NCBI GenBank assembly: GCA_037927135.1
Contig: JAXSPP010000008.1
Coordinates: 1-64,000, forward strand
Length of the DNA stretch: 64,000 nucleotides
DNA from: Candidatus Pampinifervens sinense
GTDB taxonomy: Bacteria > Aquificota > Aquificia > Aquificales > Aquificaceae
Direction of reading: 5' to 3'
Each line of letters begins with the position of its first letter. Position 1 is the stretch's first letter. This document shows, in pieces, positions 9,720 through 18,753 of the stretch. A program made the position numbers and the translations under genes. Under the pieces are notes generated by a model. That model was not told the origin of the DNA. It did no database searches and saw only the letters and a list, made by a program, of their open reading frames with translations.

Positions 9720-10308
9720 TTTGAAGGACTAAGTTTACAAAGAAGACCATCAGGGTTGTGTATATGGTAGCCTTATACCAAAAATCCATGGGGTAAACCC
9801 TAAGTAGCATGTCTTCATCCCTGAACCTCCAAGAGTAGGGGTCAAAGAAAAGGTTATGAAAGGCAACAAAGAGCCACTCATAGTTTATCAAAGAAGCAAA
9901 AAACACAAACAGGGCAAAAAGTTCTAAAAGCAATGCCCCAAAGAAAAGCACCCTTCCCATCTCTTTTAAATTTTTCAATCTAAGGAAAAGCAAAAGCCAA
10001 ACTGGAAGGCCAATGTATAAAAAGCCAAAGAAAAGACTCAAAAGCCTTTTTACATCCTCCATGTGCTTTATCTCCCTGTAGTTGAAAAGCCCAGAGTTTT
10101 TAAAGTCTTCCATACCTTTATCCGATAGCACAGACCTTAGCCCAAGCTTTGCTATGTTTAGCCTTTGTTCATAGGGCATGGGGTCTGGGGGGAGGACTAC
10201 CCTTGGATAAAGGAAGTCTACAAAGGCCTCTGTAAAGCTAAGCCTAACACAGAGCAAGGTCAAAAGCAAGGGGAAGAGGAGGATGAGGAGGATTTTTATG
10301 GGTTTCAT
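9685..10308 (-). CDS. TIGR01906/DUF1461 membrane protein (Lit-like lipoprotein transacylase family)
   Basis: Four TMs with EIKHMEDVKRL, FVAFHNLFF, W.F...D.LLRVYP..FW motifs. Confidence 0.75.
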   Translation of the reverse strand: MKPIKILLILLFPLLLTLLCVRLSFTEAFVDFLYPRVVLPPDPMPYEQRLNIAKLGLRSVLSDKGMEDFKNSGLFNYREIKHMEDVKRLLSLFFGFLYIGLPVWLLLFLRLKNLKEMGRVLFFGALLLELFALFVFFASLINYEWLFVAFHNLFFDPYSWRFRDEDMLLRVYPMDFWYKATIYTTLMVFFVNLVLQIIGLFLWRSKP

Positions 10309-10313
10309 ACCAA

Positions 10314-11282
10314 TTAATACCCTCTTATGTTAGTAGGTCCAGCATGGCAGGCAATACAGGACTTTTGATTTCCAACTACTTTTACCAAGCCAAAGCTTTC
10401 CGCTATTTTTTGATGCTTGGCGTGTATGCTCTCCAAGGGCTTGAACTTCCTTACCTGTGGCACGTTTATGCCTTGGTGGCATTGGTAGCAGGTCAGCATG
10501 GCTTCTTTCCAGAGGCTAATAGCCTTCTCTTGATTCTTCTCCTCCAGAGCCTTTGGAAGCTCGTTATATAGGATGTTGTTCCTGTGTCTTACCACAGCCT
10601 TTAGGTCTTCGCTCCACTGGGCCACCATGGGTCCTGCCAAGGCCATGTTCTTCCCGCAGGCAGAAAGCCCTGTGGGGCTTTTGATAAGCCTTAGGGCTGA
10701 ATCAAACTCACCCTTTTCTATATAGCCCCTTAGGGCCACAAAGGAGAAGAAGGTCTTGTAGGCTCCAGCCTTAAAGTTTAGCCTAATATCCGCCAAGTAT
10801 CTTCCCGCTTGCATCACCTGTTCCTTGTTGGCACCTCCCACCACCAGTATGTTTTTGCCATCCTTTTGGACAAGCTTTATAGTGGGCTTTTCAAAGCTAA
10901 GGCCAAGCTCTTTTACTATGCTGTTGTTTGTTCCAACCACTATAAGGTTTTGGTAGCTAAGCTCCTTTAGCCTTTGGTCGCTTACCAGAAGCTCGGGCAT
11001 CCTTGACTGCTTTACATCCTCCACATTAAAGCCTATGTCTTCCGTCCACTGGCCAAGGTAGTAGGCTATCCTGCCCGCAAGGGCCACTACTTCTGGGTCC
11101 TCTTTTGAGCCATAAACTATGAGAGTGTTGGGTATGGTGGCATCCTTCACAAGGGCTGGCGTGCCAGTCCATACCTCACCGTATTTAACATAAGGAAAAA
11201 GCCTGTCTGCAAAGGGTGGGTCAATGACAGGCTGGGAGAAGGCTATGCCAGCTACGGCGCTTAACAGCATAAGCTTCCTCAT
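10314..11282 (-). CDS. Secreted diheme c-type cytochrome with N-terminal S-layer-like alpha/beta domain
   Basis: SD GGAGGTG, Sec signal, NLIVVGT..N and ILVVGG motifs, CYQCH and CIACH. Confidence 0.7.
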   Translation of the reverse strand: MRKLMLLSAVAGIAFSQPVIDPPFADRLFPYVKYGEVWTGTPALVKDATIPNTLIVYGSKEDPEVVALAGRIAYYLGQWTEDIGFNVEDVKQSRMPELLVSDQRLKELSYQNLIVVGTNNSIVKELGLSFEKPTIKLVQKDGKNILVVGGANKEQVMQAGRYLADIRLNFKAGAYKTFFSFVALRGYIEKGEFDSALRLIKSPTGLSACGKNMALAGPMVAQWSEDLKAVVRHRNNILYNELPKALEEKNQEKAISLWKEAMLTCYQCHQGINVPQVRKFKPLESIHAKHQKIAESFGLVKVVGNQKSCIACHAGPTNIRGY

Positions 11283-11301
11283 CCTTCACCTCCTTTTTTT
11301 A

Positions 11302-11374
11302 TCGGGGTGAGGGGACTTGAACCCCTGACCTTCGGCTCCCGAAGCCGACGCTCTGCCACCTGAGCCACACCCCG
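11302..11374 (-). tRNA. tRNA-Pro(CGG), CCA not encoded
   Basis: CGGGGTGTGGCTCAGGTGGCAGAGCG-TCGGC-TTCGGGA-GCCGA-AGGTCAGGGGTTCAAGTCCCCTCACCCCGA folds as a cloverleaf. Confidence 0.95.
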
Positions 11375-11375
11375 T

Positions 11376-12671
11376 TTAATTTAAAATTTTATCCCTCAGG
11401 AACTTTTCTACCTTATCCCTCCACTTTTTGGCCACAAAAAGCACCTCCTCTTGGTCAAGGGTCTTTAACTCTCCCTTCTCCATTAGCACTTTACCTTTAC
11501 ATATGACCGTGTCTATATCGGAGGACTTGGCAGAGTAGACAAACTGGGCTATGGGGTCATAAAGGGGCTGAAGGTGGGGCCTGTTTGTATCTACAAGGAT
11601 AAGGTCCGCCTCGTAGCCTATCTCTATCTTGCCCGCCTTTATGCCTACGGCTCTAAAGCCCTCTTCCGTGGCTATCCTCAAAGCAGTCCTTGCATCCATG
11701 GCCTTTGCGTTAAGGCTTGATCCCTTTTGAAGCTTAACCATTAGGCTTAGCTCTTCCAGCATGTCCAAGTTATCGTTGGAGGCAGGCCCGTCGGTACCAA
11801 GGCACACATGAATGCCTCTCTTTACATAATCGCTTATGGGAGCTATGCCAGAGGCAAGCTTTAGGTTGCTTTCAGGGCAGTGAAGCACCTTTGCACCGCT
11901 TTCCTTTATCATTTCCCTCTCTTCCTCTGTGGTCCAAACCACATGGGCCATAAGGAGCCTGTGGCTAAGCAGTCCAAGGCTATGAAGGTGTTCCACTGGC
12001 CTTTTCCCAAACCTTTCAAGGGATGCCTCCACCTCTTGCTGTGTCTCCGCCGTGTGGGTGTGGATGTATACATCCTCTTCCAGGGCAAGCTCAAGGGATT
12101 TTTTGAAAGTTTGAGGTGAGCAGGTATATACCGCATGGGGACAGAGCACGGGAAATAAAAGCTCTGAGTTTTTAAACTCCCTTATAAAGGCTTTTGCCCT
12201 CTGCAGGTATTCTTCTGGGCTTTTTGCCACCTTTGTGGGAAAGTCCAGGATGCCAAAGCCAAGGCCAGCCCTTATGCCGGCCCTTTGGGCTACCTCTGCC
12301 ACAGCTTCTTCAAAGAAGTACATATCCATAAAGAGGGTTGTGCCAGACCTTATGGCCTCCGCAATGCCTATAAGGGCTCCATCCCTTACAAACTCTGGAG
12401 ATACAAACTCACCCTCCAAAACCCATATGACCTTTTGAAGCCAGTCCATAAGAGGAAGGTCTGCACCAAGGCCCCTCAGAAGGCTCATGGATATGTGGGT
12501 GTGCATGTTGGCAAAGGAAGGGAAAACCACCTTACCATCGGCATGTATGGTCTGCCTTGACTCCTTTTGAATGTCTTCTCCTATCTCCACGATGAGGCCA
12601 TCCTTTATACCTATATCTACAAGTCTTCTTCCCTCTGGCAATAGGGCCCTTTTAATCAACAGGTCCAGCAT
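11376..12671 (-). CDS. mtaD: 5'-methylthioadenosine/S-adenosylhomocysteine deaminase
   Basis: NMHTH, PHAVYT, HTHTAET, HCPESNLKLASG, LGTDGPASND amidohydrolase motifs. Confidence 0.85.
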   Translation of the reverse strand: MLDLLIKRALLPEGRRLVDIGIKDGLIVEIGEDIQKESRQTIHADGKVVFPSFANMHTHISMSLLRGLGADLPLMDWLQKVIWVLEGEFVSPEFVRDGALIGIAEAIRSGTTLFMDMYFFEEAVAEVAQRAGIRAGLGFGILDFPTKVAKSPEEYLQRAKAFIREFKNSELLFPVLCPHAVYTCSPQTFKKSLELALEEDVYIHTHTAETQQEVEASLERFGKRPVEHLHSLGLLSHRLLMAHVVWTTEEEREMIKESGAKVLHCPESNLKLASGIAPISDYVKRGIHVCLGTDGPASNDNLDMLEELSLMVKLQKGSSLNAKAMDARTALRIATEEGFRAVGIKAGKIEIGYEADLILVDTNRPHLQPLYDPIAQFVYSAKSSDIDTVICKGKVLMEKGELKTLDQEEVLFVAKKWRDKVEKFLRDKILN

Positions 12672-12690
12672 GGCTTATATTATATTCTTT

Positions 12691-13398
12691 GTGAAGGCGG
12701 ATAGATTTTCCAAAATGCTCCAGCTTCAAAGGGTGGAGCTTGAGATAAACAGGATAAATACGGCCATAAAGAGGCTTCAAAGTCAGATAGAAGAGACTAT
12801 AAAAAAGATTGAAAACCTAAAGGTGGAGAAAGAAAGAATAACAAAGAGGATTGAGGAGATAAAAAGGGAGATAAGACATCAAAGGGATCAGATGGAGGAG
12901 TGTAGGGAGAAGGCAAAGAGGGCGGAAGAGAGGCTAAACGTTGTAAAAAAGGCCGAAGAATATAAGGCACTATTGAGGGAGAAGGCAAAGAGTGAGGACT
13001 GTATTATAAAGCTCTCAGAAAGCATAAAAAGGTTGGAAGAGGAGCTAAAAAGGCTTGAAGAAAAGAAAGAAGATAAAAAGTTTATAAAAGAAACTCAAGA
13101 GCTGGAAGAAGAGCTTTCTGACCTAAGATACTCACAGCTCAGACTAAACACAAGGCTGGAAGAATTACAGAAAGAACTGGAAGAACTAAGGAGCAAAACA
13201 GAGGAGTCTATCCTTGAAGAGTATGAAAGGCTAAAGAAAAAGCATGGCCTACCCATCATACTTCCTATAGATTCTCTGGGCGCCTGCACCAACTGTGGAA
13301 CAAAGCTTCCCTCTGCTCTGTATTCAAGGCTTATAGCGGGTGAAGTAGAAGTTTGCCCCTCCTGCGGAAGGCTTGTATATTATGAAGAACAAGTTTAA
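12691..13398 (+). CDS. Coiled-coil protein with C4 zinc ribbon (DUF164 / HP0958-like)
   Basis: Long coiled coil then CTNC...CPSCGRLVY; start probably GTG 12691 or ATG 12715. Confidence 0.85.
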   Translation: MKADRFSKMLQLQRVELEINRINTAIKRLQSQIEETIKKIENLKVEKERITKRIEEIKREIRHQRDQMEECREKAKRAEERLNVVKKAEEYKALLREKAKSEDCIIKLSESIKRLEEELKRLEEKKEDKKFIKETQELEEELSDLRYSQLRLNTRLEELQKELEELRSKTEESILEEYERLKKKHGLPIILPIDSLGACTNCGTKLPSALYSRLIAGEVEVCPSCGRLVYYEEQV

Positions 13399-14491
13399 GA
13401 AAATCCTTATAGATTATGACCCTTATCTGCTTTTTGCTTTGGTAGCCCTTTGCCTTATAGGCCTTGTAGGTGTCTATAGTGCCACCTACAAGGGAAGTCC
13501 TTCCCCTCTCTTTTTAAAGCAGAGCCTTTACATCTTAACCGGCTGGTTTATCATACTACTTCTTTCAAGGCTAAACTTCAGGATGGTCTTTGACCTTGCT
13601 CCAGCTATATACTTTTTAAACCTTTTCCTTTTGGTGCTTGTGCCCATAGTGGGCAAGACGGTCTACGGTGCCAAAAGGTGGATTGACTTAGGACCGGTTA
13701 GCATCCAACCTTCAGAGCTCTTTAAGTTTTCCCTTTTGATCTTTTCTTTATACACTTTGAGCCACACAAAAAGGCTTTTCAGCAAAGAGTCCCTCATCCT
13801 TATTTTGGCCTTTGCCATACCCTCCCTCCTTACCCTCAAACAGCCAGACCTTGGAACCACCATAACTTACGGAGTCATACTTACTACTCTACTTTTCCTC
13901 TATGGCGCCAAACTAAGGTACTTTATACTGTCAGGCCTTACCTTTATTTTACTTTCTCCCGTGCTTTGGCACTTTTTAAAAGACTATCAAAAGGAAAGGA
14001 TTCTTGCAGTCATTGACCCTTATGAGGATTACCATGGCAGTGGCTACCAGCTCATCCAATCCATGATAGCGGTAGGCTCTGGTGGCTTTTTAGGTAAGGG
14101 TTTTTTGCAAGGCACTCAGTCCCATCTTCTCTTTTTACCGGAAAAGCACACAGACTTTATCTTCTCTGTAATAGCGGAAGAGTGGGGCTTTCTTGGTGGC
14201 TTTTTAATAATTTCCATGATCCTATTTATCTTTTACAGAATCCTTTTTTATGCCTTGGACATTCCCCACAAGGTGGAAAGGCTCTACCTTGGCACCCTTG
14301 CAGGCCTTTGGCTCTTTCAAACCTCTGTAAACTTTCTTATGACCATGGGCTTGGCTCCAGTGGTTGGCATACCCCTTCCCTTTGTAAGCTACGGGGGAAG
14401 TAGCATTCTCACCTTTTCCACCCTTTTTGGCCTTGCCCTCTCCATCATAAGAGAGCACAGAAACAGGCCCATAAAGTTTGAAAATGCTTAA
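13382..14491 (+). CDS. rodA: SEDS peptidoglycan glycosyltransferase RodA
   Basis: GAKRWI, QPSE, QPDLGT, YQKERI, GSGG..GKG..QGTQ, FLPEKHTDFIF. Confidence 0.92.
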   Translation: MKNKFKKILIDYDPYLLFALVALCLIGLVGVYSATYKGSPSPLFLKQSLYILTGWFIILLLSRLNFRMVFDLAPAIYFLNLFLLVLVPIVGKTVYGAKRWIDLGPVSIQPSELFKFSLLIFSLYTLSHTKRLFSKESLILILAFAIPSLLTLKQPDLGTTITYGVILTTLLFLYGAKLRYFILSGLTFILLSPVLWHFLKDYQKERILAVIDPYEDYHGSGYQLIQSMIAVGSGGFLGKGFLQGTQSHLLFLPEKHTDFIFSVIAEEWGFLGGFLIISMILFIFYRILFYALDIPHKVERLYLGTLAGLWLFQTSVNFLMTMGLAPVVGIPLPFVSYGGSSILTFSTLFGLALSIIREHRNRPIKFENA

Positions 14492-15575
14492 AGGCCTATA
14501 CATACACATACCTTTCTGCTCTCACAAATGCCCTTACTGTGATTTTGTATCCTTTGTGGACCAAAGTGTGGACCACTGGGAGTATTTAGACCTTCTTTTG
14601 AAAGAGATAGAACTCTACAAGGACAATGACTTTGACCTCAGAACCATATACTTTGGGGGCGGGACTCCTTCCTTGATAGACCCAAGGCTATACCAAGGCT
14701 TTATGGAAAGACTTTCCAATCTTTTGGACCTCTCCAATGTGGAAGAGATAAGCCTTGAGGCAAACCCGGAGAACTACACATTGGAAGACTACAGGTATTT
14801 AAGGTCCATAGGCTTTAGCAGAATAAGCCTTGGAGCCCAGAGCTTAAGGGAAGAAGGACTAAGGGCCCTTGGAAGAATTCATTCTGTAAAAGACACACTC
14901 AAGGCCCTTGATAACATCCACAGAGCTGGCTTTGAGAACATAAACTTAGACCTCATCTTTGGCTATGAGGGACAAAGCCTTGAGGACCTAAAAAAAGAGC
15001 TTGATATGTTAAAGAGCCTGCCCATCACTCACCTCTCCTTTTACCTTCTTACACCCTACGAGGACACCCAGTTTGGAAGCCTATACAGCAAAGGCCTTTT
15101 GAAGCTTCCCTCTGAGGACACCATAGCAGATATGTATGACCTTATCTGTGATAGCCTTGAGGTCATGGGCTTTTTGCATTATGAGATTTCCAACTTTGCC
15201 CTTCCTGGCTATGAGTGCAAACACAACCTCCTTTATTGGACCCATGAGGAGTTTTTGGGCCTTGGAGTCTCCGCATGGAGCTTTGTAAATCACACACGCT
15301 TTGGAAATACAAAGAACATAAAGCTGTATGCTAAGAAGGTAAAAAGTGGAGAAAGGCCCGTAGAATACCAAGAAGTCCTAAGAGGCAAAGACCTCTTATA
15401 CGATTACCTCTTTGTTGCCCTCAGAACAAGAAGGGGTGTGGAGAAGGACCTTTTATCCATTCCAGAAGAGCTTTTGGAGTTCTTTGAAGAGGAAGATGGA
15501 AGGTGGAGGCTAAACAGGAGGGGCATGCTGGTCATAAACGAGATACTTTTAAGGCTTAAAATAAACTTATGCTAA
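14484..15575 (+). CDS. hemW: Radical SAM heme chaperone HemW (HemN-like)
   Basis: LYIHIPFCSHKCPYCDF, YFGGGTPS, YEISNFA, HNLLYW. Confidence 0.9.
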   Translation: MLKGLYIHIPFCSHKCPYCDFVSFVDQSVDHWEYLDLLLKEIELYKDNDFDLRTIYFGGGTPSLIDPRLYQGFMERLSNLLDLSNVEEISLEANPENYTLEDYRYLRSIGFSRISLGAQSLREEGLRALGRIHSVKDTLKALDNIHRAGFENINLDLIFGYEGQSLEDLKKELDMLKSLPITHLSFYLLTPYEDTQFGSLYSKGLLKLPSEDTIADMYDLICDSLEVMGFLHYEISNFALPGYECKHNLLYWTHEEFLGLGVSAWSFVNHTRFGNTKNIKLYAKKVKSGERPVEYQEVLRGKDLLYDYLFVALRTRRGVEKDLLSIPEELLEFFEEEDGRWRLNRRGMLVINEILLRLKINLC

Positions 15576-16843
15576 GCAGGAGAGAGTTTTTAAAGTATGG
15601 TGGGTCCTTTGCTGTTCTTTCCCTTCTTCCCTCCTGTGCGGAAGCTACCACAAAAGGGCCCCTTTTAAACCTTCTCCCAGAGCAAAAGGAGATTGAGATA
15701 GGAAGGTCCTATGTGCCTTATGCCATAGAGGAGTTTGATGGGCTATACCCAGACAGGGAAGTTCAAGGCTATGTGAAAGGTGTGGGCCTCATCCTCACGA
15801 AGGTGGCAGAAAGAAGACTACCCTATGAGTTCTATGTGGTAAATTCTTCCCAAGTCAATGCCTTTGCCCTTCCTGGTGGGCCTGTCATGATCACCAGAGG
15901 TCTACTTCTTAGGCTAAACTCGGAGAGCGAGCTTGCCAACGTGCTTGCCCACGAGCTTGGGCACATAAACGCAAAACACCATGCTAGGTTTTTGGAAAAA
16001 CAGTTTGGCCTTAGTCTTCTTTTGAACATAGGAGCCTTGCTTTTGGCAGACAAGCCCTACGGGCAGGTCCTTTTGCAGTTTGGGCAGATAGGTGCGGGGC
16101 TTTTGAGCCTAAAGTTCAGCAGGGACCAGGAGAGGGAGGCAGACCAGTATGGCCTTCTCTATGCTTACAAGGCTGGCTATGACCCAATGGGGATGATAAG
16201 AGTTTTTGAGACCTTTAAGGCTATGGAAAAAAGAGAAAGAGCGCCCGAGTGGCTCTCCACCCACCCACTTCCAGAAACAAGGATAGCCGAGGCAAAAAGG
16301 ATTATAGAAAGTTTTAGACCAACAGGCCAGTTTATCACAGACACACAAGACTTTCAGGTGGCAAAGGAAAAGCTTTTAAAAACAAAGCCCTCCTTTGATG
16401 AGTTTGATAAAGGAAAGGTTGCCTTTGCCAGAAGGGATTACAGCCAAGCAAGCAAACACTTCCAAAGGGCCATAGAGCTATATCCAGAAAACTACACAGC
16501 AAGGGCCTATATGGCCTACATACTTGCCATGGAGGGGAAAACAGGGGAGGCCGAAAGGCACTCAAGCCTTGCATTAAGGATCATGCCCGATGTTTTCCTT
16601 ACAAACTTTGTGCATGGCTATGTGAAGTTTGCCCAAAGGGAATACCAGGAGTCTTTAAAACACCTCCAAAAGGCAAATAGGCTTATACCAGACCATGCTT
16701 CTACCCACTACTACCTTGGGAGGAACTACGAAGCCCTTGGACAAAGACAAAAGGCCATAGAACACTATAGGATAGCCCTTGAGTTGTCTCAAGGTAAGGC
16801 ACCATGGGCTGAAGACGCAAGAGAGAGGCTAAGAAGGTTATAA
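15569..16843 (+). CDS. M48 metalloprotease with TPRs (BepA-like), Tat lipoprotein
   Basis: SRREFLK, LPSC lipobox, NAFALPGG, HELGH, EREAD, STHP. Confidence 0.9.
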   Translation: MLSRREFLKYGGSFAVLSLLPSCAEATTKGPLLNLLPEQKEIEIGRSYVPYAIEEFDGLYPDREVQGYVKGVGLILTKVAERRLPYEFYVVNSSQVNAFALPGGPVMITRGLLLRLNSESELANVLAHELGHINAKHHARFLEKQFGLSLLLNIGALLLADKPYGQVLLQFGQIGAGLLSLKFSRDQEREADQYGLLYAYKAGYDPMGMIRVFETFKAMEKRERAPEWLSTHPLPETRIAEAKRIIESFRPTGQFITDTQDFQVAKEKLLKTKPSFDEFDKGKVAFARRDYSQASKHFQRAIELYPENYTARAYMAYILAMEGKTGEAERHSSLALRIMPDVFLTNFVHGYVKFAQREYQESLKHLQKANRLIPDHASTHYYLGRNYEALGQRQKAIEHYRIALELSQGKAPWAEDARERLRRL

Positions 16844-16850
16844 TTTTCTC

Positions 16851-17981
16851 ATGGACATTTTAATGGGTGTTGGAAAGGCGGGTCTAAAGTCTGGAGAAAA
16901 ACCAGATATCCTTGTAGTGCTTTTGCCACAGACTTGCAGTGCTTCCTTCCTTTTTACAAAGAATCACTTTAAATCAGCCAGCGTGCTTTACTCTCAAAAG
17001 GTCTTTAAAGGAAGGGTAAGGGCTATGGTGATAAACAGCGGGAACGCCAACTGTGGTGTTGGGAGGGAAGGGCTTTTGCATGCGGAGCTTATGGCAAAGA
17101 GGGTGGCGGAAAGGCTGGATGTGGGGGAGGATGAGGTGCTTGTCTTTTCTACCGGTGTGATAGGAAAGCCATTGCCCATAGATAGGGTCCTTTCTGCCAT
17201 AGATTCGGCCTGCGACCTTCTTGAGCCCCTTGACCTAAAGAGGGCAAGCGAAGTAATATCCACCACAGACAGCTTTCCCAAGTATGACTTTGTAAAAAGG
17301 GGCAAGCTGGAGGTCTTTGGCTTTGCAAAGGGTGCGGGCATGATACACCCCAACATGGGCACCATGCTTGCCTTTGTATTTACCAATGCAGACCTAAGGG
17401 AAGATGTGTTGGAGAGGCTTCACAGGGACATAAATGAGAGGACCTTTAACTCCATAAGCGTGGATGGATGTATGAGCACCAACGACAGCTTTGGCCTTAT
17501 AAGCCTTGGCCTTTTAAAGGAGGACCTGCAAAAGGTGAGCGATGCCATAGAGGAGGTGTCCCTTAGCCTTGCCAAGAAGATAGTTCAAGATGGTGAAGGA
17601 GCCACAAGGGTCATAAAAGTGGTGGTAAAGAACGCATCCTTACAGCTAAAGGCAAGGCTCATAGCCCAGGCTATAGCCACCTCAAACCTTGTAAAGACGG
17701 CCGTATTTGGAAAAGACCCCAACTGGGGAAGGATAGTGGCGGCGGCCGGGTCTACTCCCTTCCCCATAGACCAGTTTAAGCTAAAGGTTTATATAGGAAG
17801 CCACCTTGTATACGATGGAAAGGTGCATCCCAAGGCAGTAGAAAATGCCAAGAAGTATATGGAAGAGTCTCAGGAGATTGAGATAACCCTTGACCTTATG
17901 GAAGGGAAGGAAGGCTGGACCTACTACTCTTCCGACCTTACCTACGACTATATAAAGATCAACGCAGAGTATACCACTTAA
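16851..17981 (+). CDS. argJ: Glutamate N-acetyltransferase / ornithine acetyltransferase ArgJ
   Basis: NSGNAN, STGVIG, KGAGMIHPNMGTML, DGEGAT, NWGRI, INAEYTT. Confidence 0.95.
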   Translation: MDILMGVGKAGLKSGEKPDILVVLLPQTCSASFLFTKNHFKSASVLYSQKVFKGRVRAMVINSGNANCGVGREGLLHAELMAKRVAERLDVGEDEVLVFSTGVIGKPLPIDRVLSAIDSACDLLEPLDLKRASEVISTTDSFPKYDFVKRGKLEVFGFAKGAGMIHPNMGTMLAFVFTNADLREDVLERLHRDINERTFNSISVDGCMSTNDSFGLISLGLLKEDLQKVSDAIEEVSLSLAKKIVQDGEGATRVIKVVVKNASLQLKARLIAQAIATSNLVKTAVFGKDPNWGRIVAAAGSTPFPIDQFKLKVYIGSHLVYDGKVHPKAVENAKKYMEESQEIEITLDLMEGKEGWTYYSSDLTYDYIKINAEYTT

Positions 17982-17997
17982 GCTATATTTATAAACT

Positions 17998-18516
17998 ATG
18001 ATGAGGGCCATACCTTACATACTTGCAGGTATTCTTCTCTTGATGATAGCCTTCTTTGCCCTAAAGCACAAAGAGGAGGATGAAGGCTTATCTTCCTATA
18101 GGCCACCGGTGGATCAAAGCCTTCCAAACTTTACCTTTAAAACCCTTGATGGCAAAGAAATTAGCCTAAAGGATTTTAGAGGAAAGGTCCTTCTTGTAAA
18201 CTTTTGGGCCACATGGTGCCCGCCTTGCAGGGAGGAGATACCCATCTTTGAAAAAGAGTACAGAAGGTGTAAGGACAAAGGCTTTGAAATACTGGCTGTG
18301 AATATGGATAGCTCTGAAAGTTCTGTGGAAAAGTTTTTACGTGAAAACCCCGTATCCTTCCTTGTAGTGAGGCCTACCAATGACCTTGAGAAAGAGCTAA
18401 AGCTTATGGGCTTTCCCACCTCTTACCTTTTGGACAAAGAAGGTAAGGTCTACCGTATAAGGCTAGGTGTTTATAGGGAGCTTGAAAGGGATTTGAAGGA
18501 GCTTTTGGGCTGCTGA
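17998..18516 (+). CDS. Membrane-anchored TlpA/ResA thiol-disulfide oxidoreductase
   Basis: N-terminal TM, NFWATWCPPCREE, GFPTS. Confidence 0.9.
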   Translation: MMRAIPYILAGILLLMIAFFALKHKEEDEGLSSYRPPVDQSLPNFTFKTLDGKEISLKDFRGKVLLVNFWATWCPPCREEIPIFEKEYRRCKDKGFEILAVNMDSSESSVEKFLRENPVSFLVVRPTNDLEKELKLMGFPTSYLLDKEGKVYRIRLGVYRELERDLKELLGC

Positions 18517-18549
18517 TTGTGTTATAATTTAAGGCCGGAGGTAAGAAGG

Positions 18550-18753
18550 ATGGCAAAGGTAAAGATGAAAACAAACAGGTCCGCAAAGAAGAGGTTTAAG
18601 ATAACAGCCACTGGTAAGATAAAGAGGTATAGGTCTGGTGGAGCTCACTACAATACTCATAAATCAAAGAATAGAAAAAGAAGATTGAGAAAGCCCACCC
18701 TTGTCAACCCAGGCTGGGAAGACAAGGTAAAGGGCTTGCTAAAAGAATTCTAA
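18550..18753 (+). CDS. rpmI: 50S ribosomal protein L35
   Basis: SD GGAGGT; KMKTNRSAKKRFKITATGK. Confidence 0.95.
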   Translation: MAKVKMKTNRSAKKRFKITATGKIKRYRSGGAHYNTHKSKNRKRRLRKPTLVNPGWEDKVKGLLKEF

